Assembly (NCBI GenBank): GCA_964344965.1
Contig: CAYFPJ010000004.1
Span: 11,532 to 75,531, forward strand
Source: an uncultured Gammaproteobacteria bacterium
GTDB lineage: Bacteria; Patescibacteriota; Patescibacteriia; Magasanikbacterales; UBA922
DNA length: 64,000 bases
Direction of reading: 5' to 3'
The notes under the pieces are model-generated. The model saw only the letters and a program-made list of their open reading frames with translations. It did not search any database and was not told where the DNA came from. A program made the position numbers and the translations under genes. Positions 49,645 to 58,802 of the stretch are shown one piece after another; within the stretch, counting starts at the first letter, position 1; every line of letters begins with the position of its first letter.

Positions 49645-50292
49645 ATGACATATGAAGATCTAGTAAGAAGAGGTGTAGAATTAATAAGATATCAAGAACG
49701 ACCAACACCAGATCAGATAACAGGAGAAGCAACAAAACTAGCAGTAGAGGCAACGAAAGCTGATGAACCTATATATGGAATGGATGCAGCTGCTACTGTT
49801 GCTCGTCAAAGACAAGAAACAAGCAAAAATGTTATAGAAAGATTTCAACAAGCAGTAGAAGATGAGAACACAGCTGTTCTTCAAGGAACTCTCTGGGAGG
49901 TGTGGGAAGTAGAAGACTGTAAGATCTTGCTAGCAACCATGGAAGAAATCAAAGCACAGATAATCCTGGAAAACACAGCTCTAAAATTAAGAGAAGAAAG
50001 CTATGAAGAAAGAACTAGAGAATTGGAAGAGTGGTCTTATGGAAACATATACAAAGAAGGAATCGAAAATTTTTTACCAAAACTAAAAGCATTGGTATCT
50101 GTACTTGAAAAAATAACCACAGAAGGAGAACCTAGCGGTCATCTAAGAAGACTGTACGCCGGATGGTCCGAAGAGCAAATACAACAATATTATGATCGAG
50201 CAAAAGAACTAGTTGACGAACTAGAAGATAAGCTAGAAGATGCTCCTGGAGAGGATGATGGTTATTATGATGATGGTTACGATGACTGGTAA
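49645..50292 (+). CDS. hypothetical acidic coiled-coil protein
   Basis: 215-aa ORF with a very acidic C-terminus (DDGYYDDGYDDW). Confidence 0.5.
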   Translation: MTYEDLVRRGVELIRYQERPTPDQITGEATKLAVEATKADEPIYGMDAAATVARQRQETSKNVIERFQQAVEDENTAVLQGTLWEVWEVEDCKILLATMEEIKAQIILENTALKLREESYEERTRELEEWSYGNIYKEGIENFLPKLKALVSVLEKITTEGEPSGHLRRLYAGWSEEQIQQYYDRAKELVDELEDKLEDAPGEDDGYYDDGYDDW

Positions 50293-50293
50293 T

Positions 50294-51484
50294 TTACTCG
50301 TTGTATAACTTCTCTAGTTTCCCTACATACCCCCCTTCCGACCTCCCCGTGGTCGGAATTTTTTTACTCATTTTTTCAACCTCTTCTCTATTCTTCACGC
50401 ACCATTGCAACTTTTCTCCCAAAGACTCATTATCCCCTGCCTCAAAAGTAAACCCATTCTCCCCTTCTTCAATTAATTCTGCAATCCCTTCAATTCTGCT
50501 GGCAAGTACTGGCACACCAAAAGAAAGACTCTCAAAAATAACTGTTGGCGAATTCTCATAGCAGAGAGACGGCACAATAGTAATATCAGTCTTAGAAAAC
50601 AACCCTGGCAATTCATCACGACCCACCCGACCATGCACCACAATATTTTCACCACCTTCAGCCAAATCTTTTACATCCCCCAAAGCCGACCCGTCCCCCA
50701 CCACATGCAGTTCGCAATTTGCGTTAGTTTTGACAAACTGCTTAAAAATCCGAAGCAAAAACAAAATGCCCTTGTGCTCTTCAATCTGCCCCAAATACAA
50801 AAAACTAAACAAATCATTTTCCCCTTTCCCCTTTCCCCTTTCCCCTTTCCCCTCACTAAACGTCATCGGATTCCTCACCACCACAAACTTCGAGCTAGCA
50901 AAAAATCCTCGCTCCTTATAAAAATCAAGTAAAAATTGTGAAGGAGAAATCACAACCTCAGGAGAAGCAAAGAGCTTCTTCATAATCCAAGTATAGACTC
51001 TTGTTGGCCATCCTGTGTAACGCCAGCTATTTTCTTCTTTTTTCAAAATAATTCCGCTGGGTTCCACTAGCTGAACATCATGAACAGTGTGGATGTGACG
51101 AATGTCCAGGGAACGAATGGTGCGTGGGATGAGAAAGCTAAGTCCCATTAAATTATGAGTGTGAACAATATCTGGTTTTTCCCAAGTCAAAATTTTCTTT
51201 ACTTCACTACTTACAGAAAAATTAAAAGTATCAACAATATGCCACAAAAAACGTGACAAAAAATCATGTTTGTGTGCTTCAGTATAAAAAAAAGTATTCT
51301 TCGGCTTGATGCGGTAAATCTTCAAATCATCACTTTCTTCTACCCCTGGATCATCCGGTGTGCTGGTAATCAAAACAACACTATTCCCAGCCGCCATAAG
51401 CCCCTCCACAGTCTTCCTCACTACCTGCTCTGCCCCACCACGAGCATAAGGAGGATATAAATTGTTGATAATGCAAATTTTCAT
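50294..51484 (-). CDS. family 4 glycosyltransferase (GT4, GT-B fold)
   Basis: N-terminal YPPYARGGAEQVV motif; C-terminal EGFG.P..EA-like region; contains a (TTTCCCC)x5 repeat at 50821-50855. Confidence 0.8.
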   Translation of the reverse strand: MKICIINNLYPPYARGGAEQVVRKTVEGLMAAGNSVVLITSTPDDPGVEESDDLKIYRIKPKNTFFYTEAHKHDFLSRFLWHIVDTFNFSVSSEVKKILTWEKPDIVHTHNLMGLSFLIPRTIRSLDIRHIHTVHDVQLVEPSGIILKKEENSWRYTGWPTRVYTWIMKKLFASPEVVISPSQFLLDFYKERGFFASSKFVVVRNPMTFSEGKGERGKGKGENDLFSFLYLGQIEEHKGILFLLRIFKQFVKTNANCELHVVGDGSALGDVKDLAEGGENIVVHGRVGRDELPGLFSKTDITIVPSLCYENSPTVIFESLSFGVPVLASRIEGIAELIEEGENGFTFEAGDNESLGEKLQWCVKNREEVEKMSKKIPTTGRSEGGYVGKLEKLYNE

Positions 51485-51487
51485 AGA

Positions 51488-51568
51488 AAACAATCCGGAT
51501 ATCCAGATAATCCAGATCTACAGATGACTATCCGGAAAATCTGGATTATCTGGATATCCGGATTGTTT
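51488..51568. promoter_or_regulatory. perfect 30-bp inverted repeat with a 21-bp spacer, built from ~8 copies of ATCYRGAT, immediately upstream of the GT4 start
   Basis: Arms 51488-51517 and 51539-51568 are exact reverse complements. Confidence 0.7.
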
Positions 51569-51694
51569 AAGTATAACACAAAACCCCCGTTCGCAAATAA
51601 CCTCCCGTCTTGTCCCCAAATATACTTAGAAACAAAACGGGCAGTGCGAACGGAGGTTCCACTGCACCGCCCCGCACGAAGCGGGAAAGTGCCA

Positions 51695-51823
51695 CTACCG
51701 CCTCTTACCCTTCTTGGGCCTGGGCGGGCGACACTTCTTCGCATCACGCTTAGTTGCGTGATACTTGCCGCATCCTTTAGTGCGGCAGGCGTAACCCTTA
51801 AGGACGTGGTGCTTGACTTTCAT
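51695..51823 (-). CDS. hypothetical 42-aa basic zinc-ribbon-like protein (MKVKHHVLKGYACRTKGCGKYHATKRDAKKCRPPRPKKGKRR) in a GC-rich island
   Basis: Strong SD GGAGGG 6 nt upstream of the ATG; hairpin plus T-run downstream; GC-rich codon usage atypical for this window; not in the ORF track (<60 aa). Confidence 0.4.
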   Translation of the reverse strand: MKVKHHVLKGYACRTKGCGKYHATKRDAKKCRPPRPKKGKRR

Positions 51824-52018
51824 TGGAACCCTCCATCGCCCCGGTTAACTGGGCGTTAAGAATTATAAAACCAAAAACTCTCTCTCTTGTCAACACCTTT
51901 CCCACATTTATCCCACAGAGGAGTGCTTGGAATACTTGTCGAACTCCTATATTTGGGATAATATAAAAAAACCAACAACACCTATAAACTAAGAACTATT
52001 GGCTATGAACTATTCATT

Positions 52019-53461
52019 ATGAACATAAAAGACGTAGAAAAAATCCCACCCCAAAACCTCGAAGCAGAGAAATCTCTCCTCGGGGCTATTTTGCTTGACA
52101 AAGATGCCATGTTGAAGATTGCTGATGATGTAGAAGTAGATGATTTTTACAAGAGAGCTCATAGTGACATTTATCAATCCATCCTCGAGCTATATAATAA
52201 AAACGAACCAATCGATGTTTTGACCCTTGGTAATAAACTAGAAGAAAAAAATAAAATAGCAGAGATTGGTGGTAGAAGCTATTTGGTGGAACTTTCCAAT
52301 GTTGTTCCCACGACAACGCATATCAAAGAATACGCCAATATAGTCCGTAAAAAATCTACACTTAGAAAATTATTACGTGCTGCCCATGAAATCTCTGGTC
52401 TTGGCTATCAAGACAATACTGACGATGTAGACAATATTCTTGATAAAGCCCAACAACACCTGCACGGTATTACTCAGAAGCATCTCAAGCAAACCTTCAC
52501 CCCAATCAGTGACGTCCTTAGTAATACTTTCGAGAGAATAGATGAGTTACATCGCGAAAAAGGAAAATTGCGTGGCATACCAACAGGATTTAAAAAATTA
52601 GATAATCTGCTAGCTGGATTCCAAAAATCTGATCTGATCATTCTGGCGGCTCGTCCTTCTGTCGGTAAGACTTCTCTTGCTCTAGATTTTGCTCGCCACA
52701 CTGCAATTCGTGGTAAAGCTAAGGTCGGAATGTTTTCTCTTGAGATGAGCAAAGAACAGCTTGTGGACAGACTGCTTTGTGCAGAAGCTAATGTCGACTT
52801 ATGGAAGATGAGAACAGGAAATCTATCAGACCGTCCAGATAGTAGTGATTTCCCACGGATCGGTAATGCTATGGGTAAGCTATCTGAGGCAAAGATATTT
52901 ATCGATGACACAGCTGGTCAAAATGTCATGCAGATCCGCACTAAGGCTCGTAGACTCCAAGCTGAGCACGGACTAGATTTGATCATTATTGATTATTTGC
53001 AGCTGATGAACTCTACTCGCAACCGTGGCAGTGACAATCGTGTCCAAGAGGTGGCAGAGATGAGTCGAGGGCTCAAGCTTCTCGCTCGTGAGATCAATGT
53101 CCCGGTCCTCTGCCTTTCTCAGCTTTCTCGTGCTGTCGAACAAACCAAGCCAGCCATCCCGAAGTTGTCACATTTGCGAGATTCTGGTAGTATTGAGCAG
53201 GATGCTGATGTTGTAATGTTCATTTACCGTAAAGCTGCTGACAGGAATTATCGCATCGAAGATATCCCTCCAGACGAGATGGCTCTAGCTGAGATTCATA
53301 TTGCCAAGCACAGAAATGGACCTACAGGAGTAGTCAAAACATTCTTTGACCAAGAAAGAGCTAGTTTCAAAAATCTAGACTCCACCTTCGGCCCCCCACC
53401 CCCTCCAGTGCCTCAAGCAACCTCTCCAGTACCCCAACCCAAACCAGTCCCGTCATTTTAA
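52019..53461 (+). CDS. dnaB: replicative DNA helicase DnaB
   Basis: Walker A ARPSVGKTSLAL and RecA-like motifs; Pro-rich C-terminal tail. Confidence 0.9.
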   Translation: MNIKDVEKIPPQNLEAEKSLLGAILLDKDAMLKIADDVEVDDFYKRAHSDIYQSILELYNKNEPIDVLTLGNKLEEKNKIAEIGGRSYLVELSNVVPTTTHIKEYANIVRKKSTLRKLLRAAHEISGLGYQDNTDDVDNILDKAQQHLHGITQKHLKQTFTPISDVLSNTFERIDELHREKGKLRGIPTGFKKLDNLLAGFQKSDLIILAARPSVGKTSLALDFARHTAIRGKAKVGMFSLEMSKEQLVDRLLCAEANVDLWKMRTGNLSDRPDSSDFPRIGNAMGKLSEAKIFIDDTAGQNVMQIRTKARRLQAEHGLDLIIIDYLQLMNSTRNRGSDNRVQEVAEMSRGLKLLAREINVPVLCLSQLSRAVEQTKPAIPKLSHLRDSGSIEQDADVVMFIYRKAADRNYRIEDIPPDEMALAEIHIAKHRNGPTGVVKTFFDQERASFKNLDSTFGPPPPPVPQATSPVPQPKPVPSF

Positions 53462-53604
53462 AAGAATACGCAAAGTACGAAGAAGAACAAAAAGCTTATT
53501 CTGCCTAATCTGCTTATTTTGCTTACTTTGCTCACAAATAGCAGCAAAAACCGACATTTAATAATTCACCATGTAAATATCCTACATGTTGTAATCAAAA
53601 CCCT

Positions 53605-53907
53605 ATGTTCAACAAACTAAAGCAATTCAAAGACATGCGTAGTCAAGCTAAGACTATCCAAAGTGCTTTGTCTGAAGAATCAGTCACTGTCAAAGAAGCC
53701 GGTGATAAAGTTCTCCTCACTATGGATGGCAACATGAAATTGACTGGCCTAGCCATTGACGACGAACTGATGTCTCCTGGTAAAAAAGATAAACTAATAA
53801 AAGCGATTAAAGATGGTCACGAAAGTGCCATGAAGAAGATGCAGCGTGTAATGGCGATGAAAATGAAAGAGATGGGTGGATTTCCAGATATTCCTGGTCT
53901 AAGCTAG
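53605..53907 (+). CDS. ybaB: YbaB/EbfC nucleoid-associated protein
   Basis: 100-aa ORF matching the YbaB family; lies upstream of recR. Confidence 0.8.
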   Translation: MFNKLKQFKDMRSQAKTIQSALSEESVTVKEAGDKVLLTMDGNMKLTGLAIDDELMSPGKKDKLIKAIKDGHESAMKKMQRVMAMKMKEMGGFPDIPGLS

Positions 53908-53929
53908 ATCTATTTAGCAAAATTTATTT

Positions 53930-55036
53930 ATGGGTGGCAGAAAACCCACCAACAGAGAGTTTCAAGAAGAGCAAGAGTTTCATGCTTTTATTTTAGATTT
54001 TTTAAATACCATCAAAAGCCTAGAAGCATTTGAGGAAAGAGATAAATTTATTGCCGAATCCATAGAATCGGTTACAAATGAAAGAAATTTAGAATATATT
54101 TTGTCTCAGATACCCACGATTGGATTATTAGGAAATGAAACTGCCAAAATATTGATTTTTATCGGAGAAAGAGATGTCTTAATAGACAATTTAGATTGTT
54201 TCACGGGACTTAGTTCTAGTATATCCAAAGAGCTAAGAATTGATGAGGAAGATAAAAAAAGGCTACAAGACTATAATCTCATCTTTGGCGATCCAAAAAC
54301 AGAAGAAGATGAAGAAATAATTGACTCACCAACAAAATTTATTGATGAAAATGGGGCTGGAGTTATGCTAATAGGCAAGCTTCACTCGGCTACCAATAAA
54401 CGAGGAAGAGAAATGGCAGGAAGACTTATTATATCCAATATTGATGTCTTTCCAGATCCTTACCAGATAATCACCCTTCTTGTTGAAGAAAACCTATATA
54501 AATTTATCTTCTCAAACAAAGCACACTTCTTTCACACTACTGAGCTCAATCGTAGGCGTATAGCCGAGATAATAATTGCTGAAGGAGAAGCACATCCAGA
54601 AAGAATAAAATACCTTTGTGGTAAATTAATTTTATTTGAAAAAAAAGAATTGGGGAAAACAGTAGCACTGGCAATACTCAAATGGGGAACCCAAAAAGAT
54701 GTCATGAGATTTGACGACTATTTCGATAGATTCCATGGACTCGACATGGAGATAGCAAAACTATTGATAGATAGGGACTTATCACATAAAGTTATAGACA
54801 ATTGGTCAATATTCATAGACATGGACTATGGTGAATGCCTGAACCATATGATCTCACAAGGTCCCAGTGCAGCAATGCAAATACTTATCCGTGTAAAACA
54901 AATTCCTCGCCAATATCTTACCGACGAACTAGCGAAAAATCTATTGGCAATGGGACTGGCAGATGTGTTTTTTTATCGAGGCAGGCCTTCATATTTTCAA
55001 TTAAATCCTGAAACAGAAAAAGAATATAATATTTAG
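53930..55036 (+). CDS. hypothetical protein
   Basis: 368-aa ORF inserted between ybaB and recR. Confidence 0.5.
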   Translation: MGGRKPTNREFQEEQEFHAFILDFLNTIKSLEAFEERDKFIAESIESVTNERNLEYILSQIPTIGLLGNETAKILIFIGERDVLIDNLDCFTGLSSSISKELRIDEEDKKRLQDYNLIFGDPKTEEDEEIIDSPTKFIDENGAGVMLIGKLHSATNKRGREMAGRLIISNIDVFPDPYQIITLLVEENLYKFIFSNKAHFFHTTELNRRRIAEIIIAEGEAHPERIKYLCGKLILFEKKELGKTVALAILKWGTQKDVMRFDDYFDRFHGLDMEIAKLLIDRDLSHKVIDNWSIFIDMDYGECLNHMISQGPSAAMQILIRVKQIPRQYLTDELAKNLLAMGLADVFFYRGRPSYFQLNPETEKEYNI

Positions 55037-55076
55037 TTAGGTATTGATAAAACCAACTTAGATCCATAAACTTCAT

Positions 55077-55670
55077 ATGTACACTAGGTCTATAGAAAAC
55101 CTAATCAAATCCTTCTCCAAGCTCCCAACAGTCGGCCCACGCACGGCCGAACGTTTTGTTTTTCATCTTCTACGCTCGGGAAAGAAGGATGTCGGAGAAC
55201 TTACTCTCGCTTTGAAAAATTTGATTGATAATATCAAGAGCTGTGAACAATGCTGGGACTTTGCTGAGCAGTCTCCCTGTGAGATCTGTGCTGATTCCAG
55301 GCGAGACCAGTCCCAAATCTGTGTCGTCACCCAGCCCCAAGACTTGCAAGTTATGGAAAAGACTGGCGCTTACCAAGGACTCTACCACATTCTTCGTGGG
55401 ATCTTGAAACCTGGAGATGAAAGAAATATAAAATTTTTGAAAATAAAAGAATTGTTAGATAGAATCAGAAAACCAGCTATAAAAGAAGTAATCCTCGCCC
55501 TCAATCCAGATCTACCTGGTGAGACGACCATGATGTATATTGAGAAGCAAATCAAAGCTCAGAATCCTGAAACTAAAATTACTCGCTTGGCCAGAGGTCT
55601 ACCGATGGGCAGTGATGTGCAGTATGCGGATGAGGTGACACTTGGGAGTGCGCTAAAAAATCGTAATTAA
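55077..55670 (+). CDS. recR: recombination protein RecR
   Basis: HhH N-terminus, C4 zinc finger CEQCWDFAEQSPCEIC and Toprim domain. Confidence 0.9.
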   Translation: MYTRSIENLIKSFSKLPTVGPRTAERFVFHLLRSGKKDVGELTLALKNLIDNIKSCEQCWDFAEQSPCEICADSRRDQSQICVVTQPQDLQVMEKTGAYQGLYHILRGILKPGDERNIKFLKIKELLDRIRKPAIKEVILALNPDLPGETTMMYIEKQIKAQNPETKITRLARGLPMGSDVQYADEVTLGSALKNRN

Positions 55671-55709
55671 AAAACCTACCTAGTCAGGTGGGTTTTTATA
55701 TCCAAAAAT

Positions 55710-56063
55710 TTAAACCAAACCAACAAGCGGCTTAATCTCCCTCACATCATCTTCCACTCGCCTCAACCGCTCCCCCATAAACGTCACCTCCTGATCTCTC
55801 TTTTCTACCAGGCCAACAATCTTATCAAGCGTATTCGAAATACCCCGCAAGTCATCTTTTGTAGCCATATTTTCTTCGATTCTATCAAGTCTATCAGAGT
55901 GATCAACGACAGCCAGCACGATATTGTCAAGTTTCCCATCATGTTCTGTTACTTTGCGAGAAATAAAATCAAGCTGCTTGTCGTGCTCTGTGACTTTATG
56001 AGCAATAAAATCAATCTGCTCTTCATGCGCTTCTGGTCTTTGTTCTTGTGTATTATTTTTCAT
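55710..56063 (-). CDS. hypothetical coiled-coil protein with an internal repeat (IDFIAHKVTEHDKQLD / FISRKVTEHDGKLD)
   Basis: 117-aa ORF. Confidence 0.5.
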   Translation of the reverse strand: MKNNTQEQRPEAHEEQIDFIAHKVTEHDKQLDFISRKVTEHDGKLDNIVLAVVDHSDRLDRIEENMATKDDLRGISNTLDKIVGLVEKRDQEVTFMGERLRRVEDDVREIKPLVGLV

Positions 56064-56215
56064 AGTGACAGTAGTATAGCCACCCCAAAGACTCCCGTCA
56101 ATCTCAAGAACGAAATAACCCCAAAATAAACATTTCGATTAAAAAACCCACCTAACCAGGCGGGCTCAATATTCGTGCTGTCTGTCTTCATTCGTGTTAT
56201 TCGCTAAAATTCGTG

Positions 56216-56530
56216 TTATTTGACAGTACCAATCTTCACCTTTGTCTTCTTCTGTCTATGACCAATCACCCTCTTGTAGCGAACTTTACGCTTGAACTTC
56301 ACGACGCGAATCTTCTTGTCGCGAGTCTGGGACTCAACAGTGGCGGCAACACTTACCCCTTCGAGATAAGGAGTACCGATCTGTACATCAGAGCCGTCTT
56401 CCTTAGCCAAAAGAAGAACTTTTTCAAAAACTACTTCCTTACCAGGTTCGACGTCTAATTTTTCAATTTTTAGAGTTTGTCCTGACTTGATCAGGTATTG
56501 CTTACCGCCGGTCTGAATTACTGCGAACAT
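56216..56530 (-). CDS. rplU: 50S ribosomal protein L21
   Basis: MFAVIQTGGKQY...; bL21 family. Confidence 0.9.
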   Translation of the reverse strand: MFAVIQTGGKQYLIKSGQTLKIEKLDVEPGKEVVFEKVLLLAKEDGSDVQIGTPYLEGVSVAATVESQTRDKKIRVVKFKRKVRYKRVIGHRQKKTKVKIGTVK

Positions 56531-56641
56531 ATTTTTTAGGTATTAGGTATTTAGGTTATAGGTGTTTAGGAAATTTACCCACCGGAGCTTTAGCGTAGGT
56601 GAGCGTGAATAGTTTACCTGTTTTCAACCAATAAGTCAAGT

Positions 56642-57109
56642 CTAGTCCTCCACAAGGGACATTTTGTCCCCTATTTTGAGGTCATGTGCTACTGCCCAGC
56701 CAGATTGAAGCTCTAAGACCATAGTAGAGTCAATTCTAGGTGTATATACCCGCAATTGCTCCTCTGGGACATCTTCTGGCTCCACACTAGGTGCAATGTC
56801 CACCACCTCACCCTTATCTAGCCAGATAATATCAATTGGAAAATTCATGTCCCTCATCACTATGCCATGTTGCCCTGGAAATTCAAACAAAAACAACATT
56901 CCTTGATTTTGTTCCAACTTATTCCTTCCTCCCAAACCTTTGTATCTCTGTTGGATAGTTTTGGGTAGCCAAACATTCAGAATCTCACCGTTTAGGAAGA
57001 CTTTTTTCACTGGGATCCTGTATTGCCAAAATTGTAGTGCCACAAAAGCAATGAAAAAAATTGTTAGAAAAAAGATTCCGATTTTGCTTACTTTAATTTG
57101 GTTAGGCAT
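56642..57109 (-). CDS. DUF192 domain protein
   Basis: N-terminal TM helix; GMLFLFEF...IDIIWLD pattern. Confidence 0.65.
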   Translation of the reverse strand: MPNQIKVSKIGIFFLTIFFIAFVALQFWQYRIPVKKVFLNGEILNVWLPKTIQQRYKGLGGRNKLEQNQGMLFLFEFPGQHGIVMRDMNFPIDIIWLDKGEVVDIAPSVEPEDVPEEQLRVYTPRIDSTMVLELQSGWAVAHDLKIGDKMSLVED

Positions 57110-57188
57110 ATTTTCCTATATCCTATAACGTATAACCTATAGCCTATATGTAACTAACACATACAGGTTACAAGTTATAAGTTACACG

Positions 57189-58241
57189 TTATAAGCCTTT
57201 CTTCTTACTAAACCAAACTCCCAAAAGTAACATCAAAATAAACAGTAGCACCAAAGCAATCATCTTCTCACTACTCTGCAAAAATAACGTCGTTACCCCA
57301 AACAAAAATGAAATAGCATACATGAGAAGCACTGCTTGCTTTTGGGTCAGGCCAGATTCAATCAGTTTGAAATGCAAGTGCTCACTGTCCCCAACATGGA
57401 TTGGTTTTTTCTTTTGGATCCTTCTTATTATAACACGAATTACGTCTAGTGCGGGGATACCCATTACTAGAAGTGTGGTAGCAATCTTACCGCCAGAAAT
57501 AATAGCTAAGGCCCCGATCATAAAGCCAGTAAATAGACTACCACCTTCGCCCAAGAATATCTTGGCTGGATGCCAATTCCAGGCCAAAAATCCAAGACAG
57601 CTACCAGCAAAAATAATTGACAAGAGTGCTACTTCTGGTTGATACCATGGCTCCTGGAGACTAAGAGCGAAGATCATCATCGCCCCAATAGTGACCACAC
57701 CAGTAACCAATCCGTCTAACCCATCAAGAAACTTGGTGGTAAACATCATTCCCATCAACCAAAAGAAAACTACCAAATCTGCCAAAATTACCCAATTACC
57801 CAAACCAGCAAGCGACAGAGTCCACTGGTCTAGAGAAACTACCCCGCCCCAAGGATTAGTAATTTCATGAGGCCCAATGCCAAAAGCAATAATGATAGTA
57901 GCAGCCAAAATTGGAAAAATAATTTGTTTTTTTGCCCTCAGATTGTACTTATCATCCAGTAGACCTCCAATCATCAAGACCAGACCTCCCCAAAACAAAC
58001 CCCAAATATGGCGTGGTAATACATCATTTCCAAAATGACTGGAAAGCAAAAGAAAAGTAATCAAAAAAAAGCTAAAAAAAATTGCCATTCCTCCTCCGAG
58101 TGGAATTTTCTTCTTGTGAATCTTACGTTTCTCTGTCCGAGGAGCGTCTACAATGTGATACTTCTGCATCAAGATCCGAACCAGAGCAGTGGCAAAAAGA
58201 GAGGCAAAAAAAGTAATAATAAAATAACCAAAATATTGCAT
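57189..58241 (-). CDS. MraY/WecA-family polyprenyl-phosphate N-acetylhexosamine-1-phosphate transferase (likely MraY)
   Basis: 10-11 TM helices; DD..D motif (LLDDKYNL); DGLDGL motif; H-rich loop PIHVGDSEHLHF. Confidence 0.6.
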   Translation of the reverse strand: MQYFGYFIITFFASLFATALVRILMQKYHIVDAPRTEKRKIHKKKIPLGGGMAIFFSFFLITFLLLSSHFGNDVLPRHIWGLFWGGLVLMIGGLLDDKYNLRAKKQIIFPILAATIIIAFGIGPHEITNPWGGVVSLDQWTLSLAGLGNWVILADLVVFFWLMGMMFTTKFLDGLDGLVTGVVTIGAMMIFALSLQEPWYQPEVALLSIIFAGSCLGFLAWNWHPAKIFLGEGGSLFTGFMIGALAIISGGKIATTLLVMGIPALDVIRVIIRRIQKKKPIHVGDSEHLHFKLIESGLTQKQAVLLMYAISFLFGVTTLFLQSSEKMIALVLLFILMLLLGVWFSKKKGL

Positions 58242-58443
58242 AATTTGTATATGACAATGTCAACTAATATTGTACCTCAATCTATATTCTTTTACAAAAC
58301 AAAAAAAGACCCCAACCTCGCTCACTCCTTGCCAATATTTCCAATAAACCTGTCCTGCGAAGCTTCAGCGAAGCAGGATGAAAATATCAGCAAGTCGCGC
58401 GAGGCCAAGGTCCTCTCCAAATGCGTGACTCTAGCCCTTTCCT

Positions 58444-58707
58444 CTAGGAGCGCCGAAGCTCCGTACGGAGCCAAGCGACGAAGCAGACCACAAAGACAAG
58501 CGCCAGTGGCACAAACAGGGCCAAAGAAAAAGGCTCTGAAGCTGCCGCCCACAGTCCCACAAAAGGACTGAAACAGACGGCCGCCACAGCACCAAATCCC
58601 GGGCTCTTCTCAACACGCCAGCAAAACAGCGCGCCGAGGGCCAGGTAGGTGCTAACGATCCACCCCACAATAACCATTTCCGCCTCCGCGGCGATATGAG
58701 GGTTCAT
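58444..58707 (-). CDS. hypothetical small membrane protein encoded in a GC-rich island
   Basis: ~87 aa from an internal ATG preceded by GAGGG; 2-3 TM helices; overlapping alternative-frame ORFs look like GC-driven artefacts. Confidence 0.4.
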   Translation of the reverse strand: MNPHIAAEAEMVIVGWIVSTYLALGALFCWRVEKSPGFGAVAAVCFSPFVGLWAAASEPFSLALFVPLALVFVVCFVAWLRTELRRS

Positions 58708-58802
58708 TCCCTCTCTTCTTACTTTTTTTGTCAAAAATTAAGAAGAGAAAGAATGTAAAACATGTAAAAAATAAACCACAGAAATAGTGGTTTGTCAATT
58801 AT

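Noticed and set aside
51600-51850. SRP RNA, RNase P RNA or tmRNA in the GC-rich island upstream of dnaB-ybaB-recR
   Set aside because: I could not find the conserved cores (GGAAGGAAGCAGCC for SRP; GGAAAGUCCGGGCUCC and ACAGAANCCGGCUUA for RNase P; the tRNA-like GGUUCGAnUCC...CCA end for tmRNA) on either strand. Left as unresolved and not called.
51481-51859. ORFs 51481-51747 (-) and 51524-51859 (+) from the track
   Set aside because: They overlap the perfect inverted repeat and the GC-rich island and have Arg/Gly/Pro-rich low-complexity translations. The smaller 42-aa frame with an SD and terminator is the better candidate.
58035-58734. Several overlapping ORFs on both strands (58035-58571 +, 58322-58552 -, 58431-58670 -)
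   Set aside because: They lie in a GC-rich stretch where long spurious ORFs are expected. Their translations are Arg/Trp/Pro-rich nonsense. Only the 58444-58707 frame gives a coherent TM protein.
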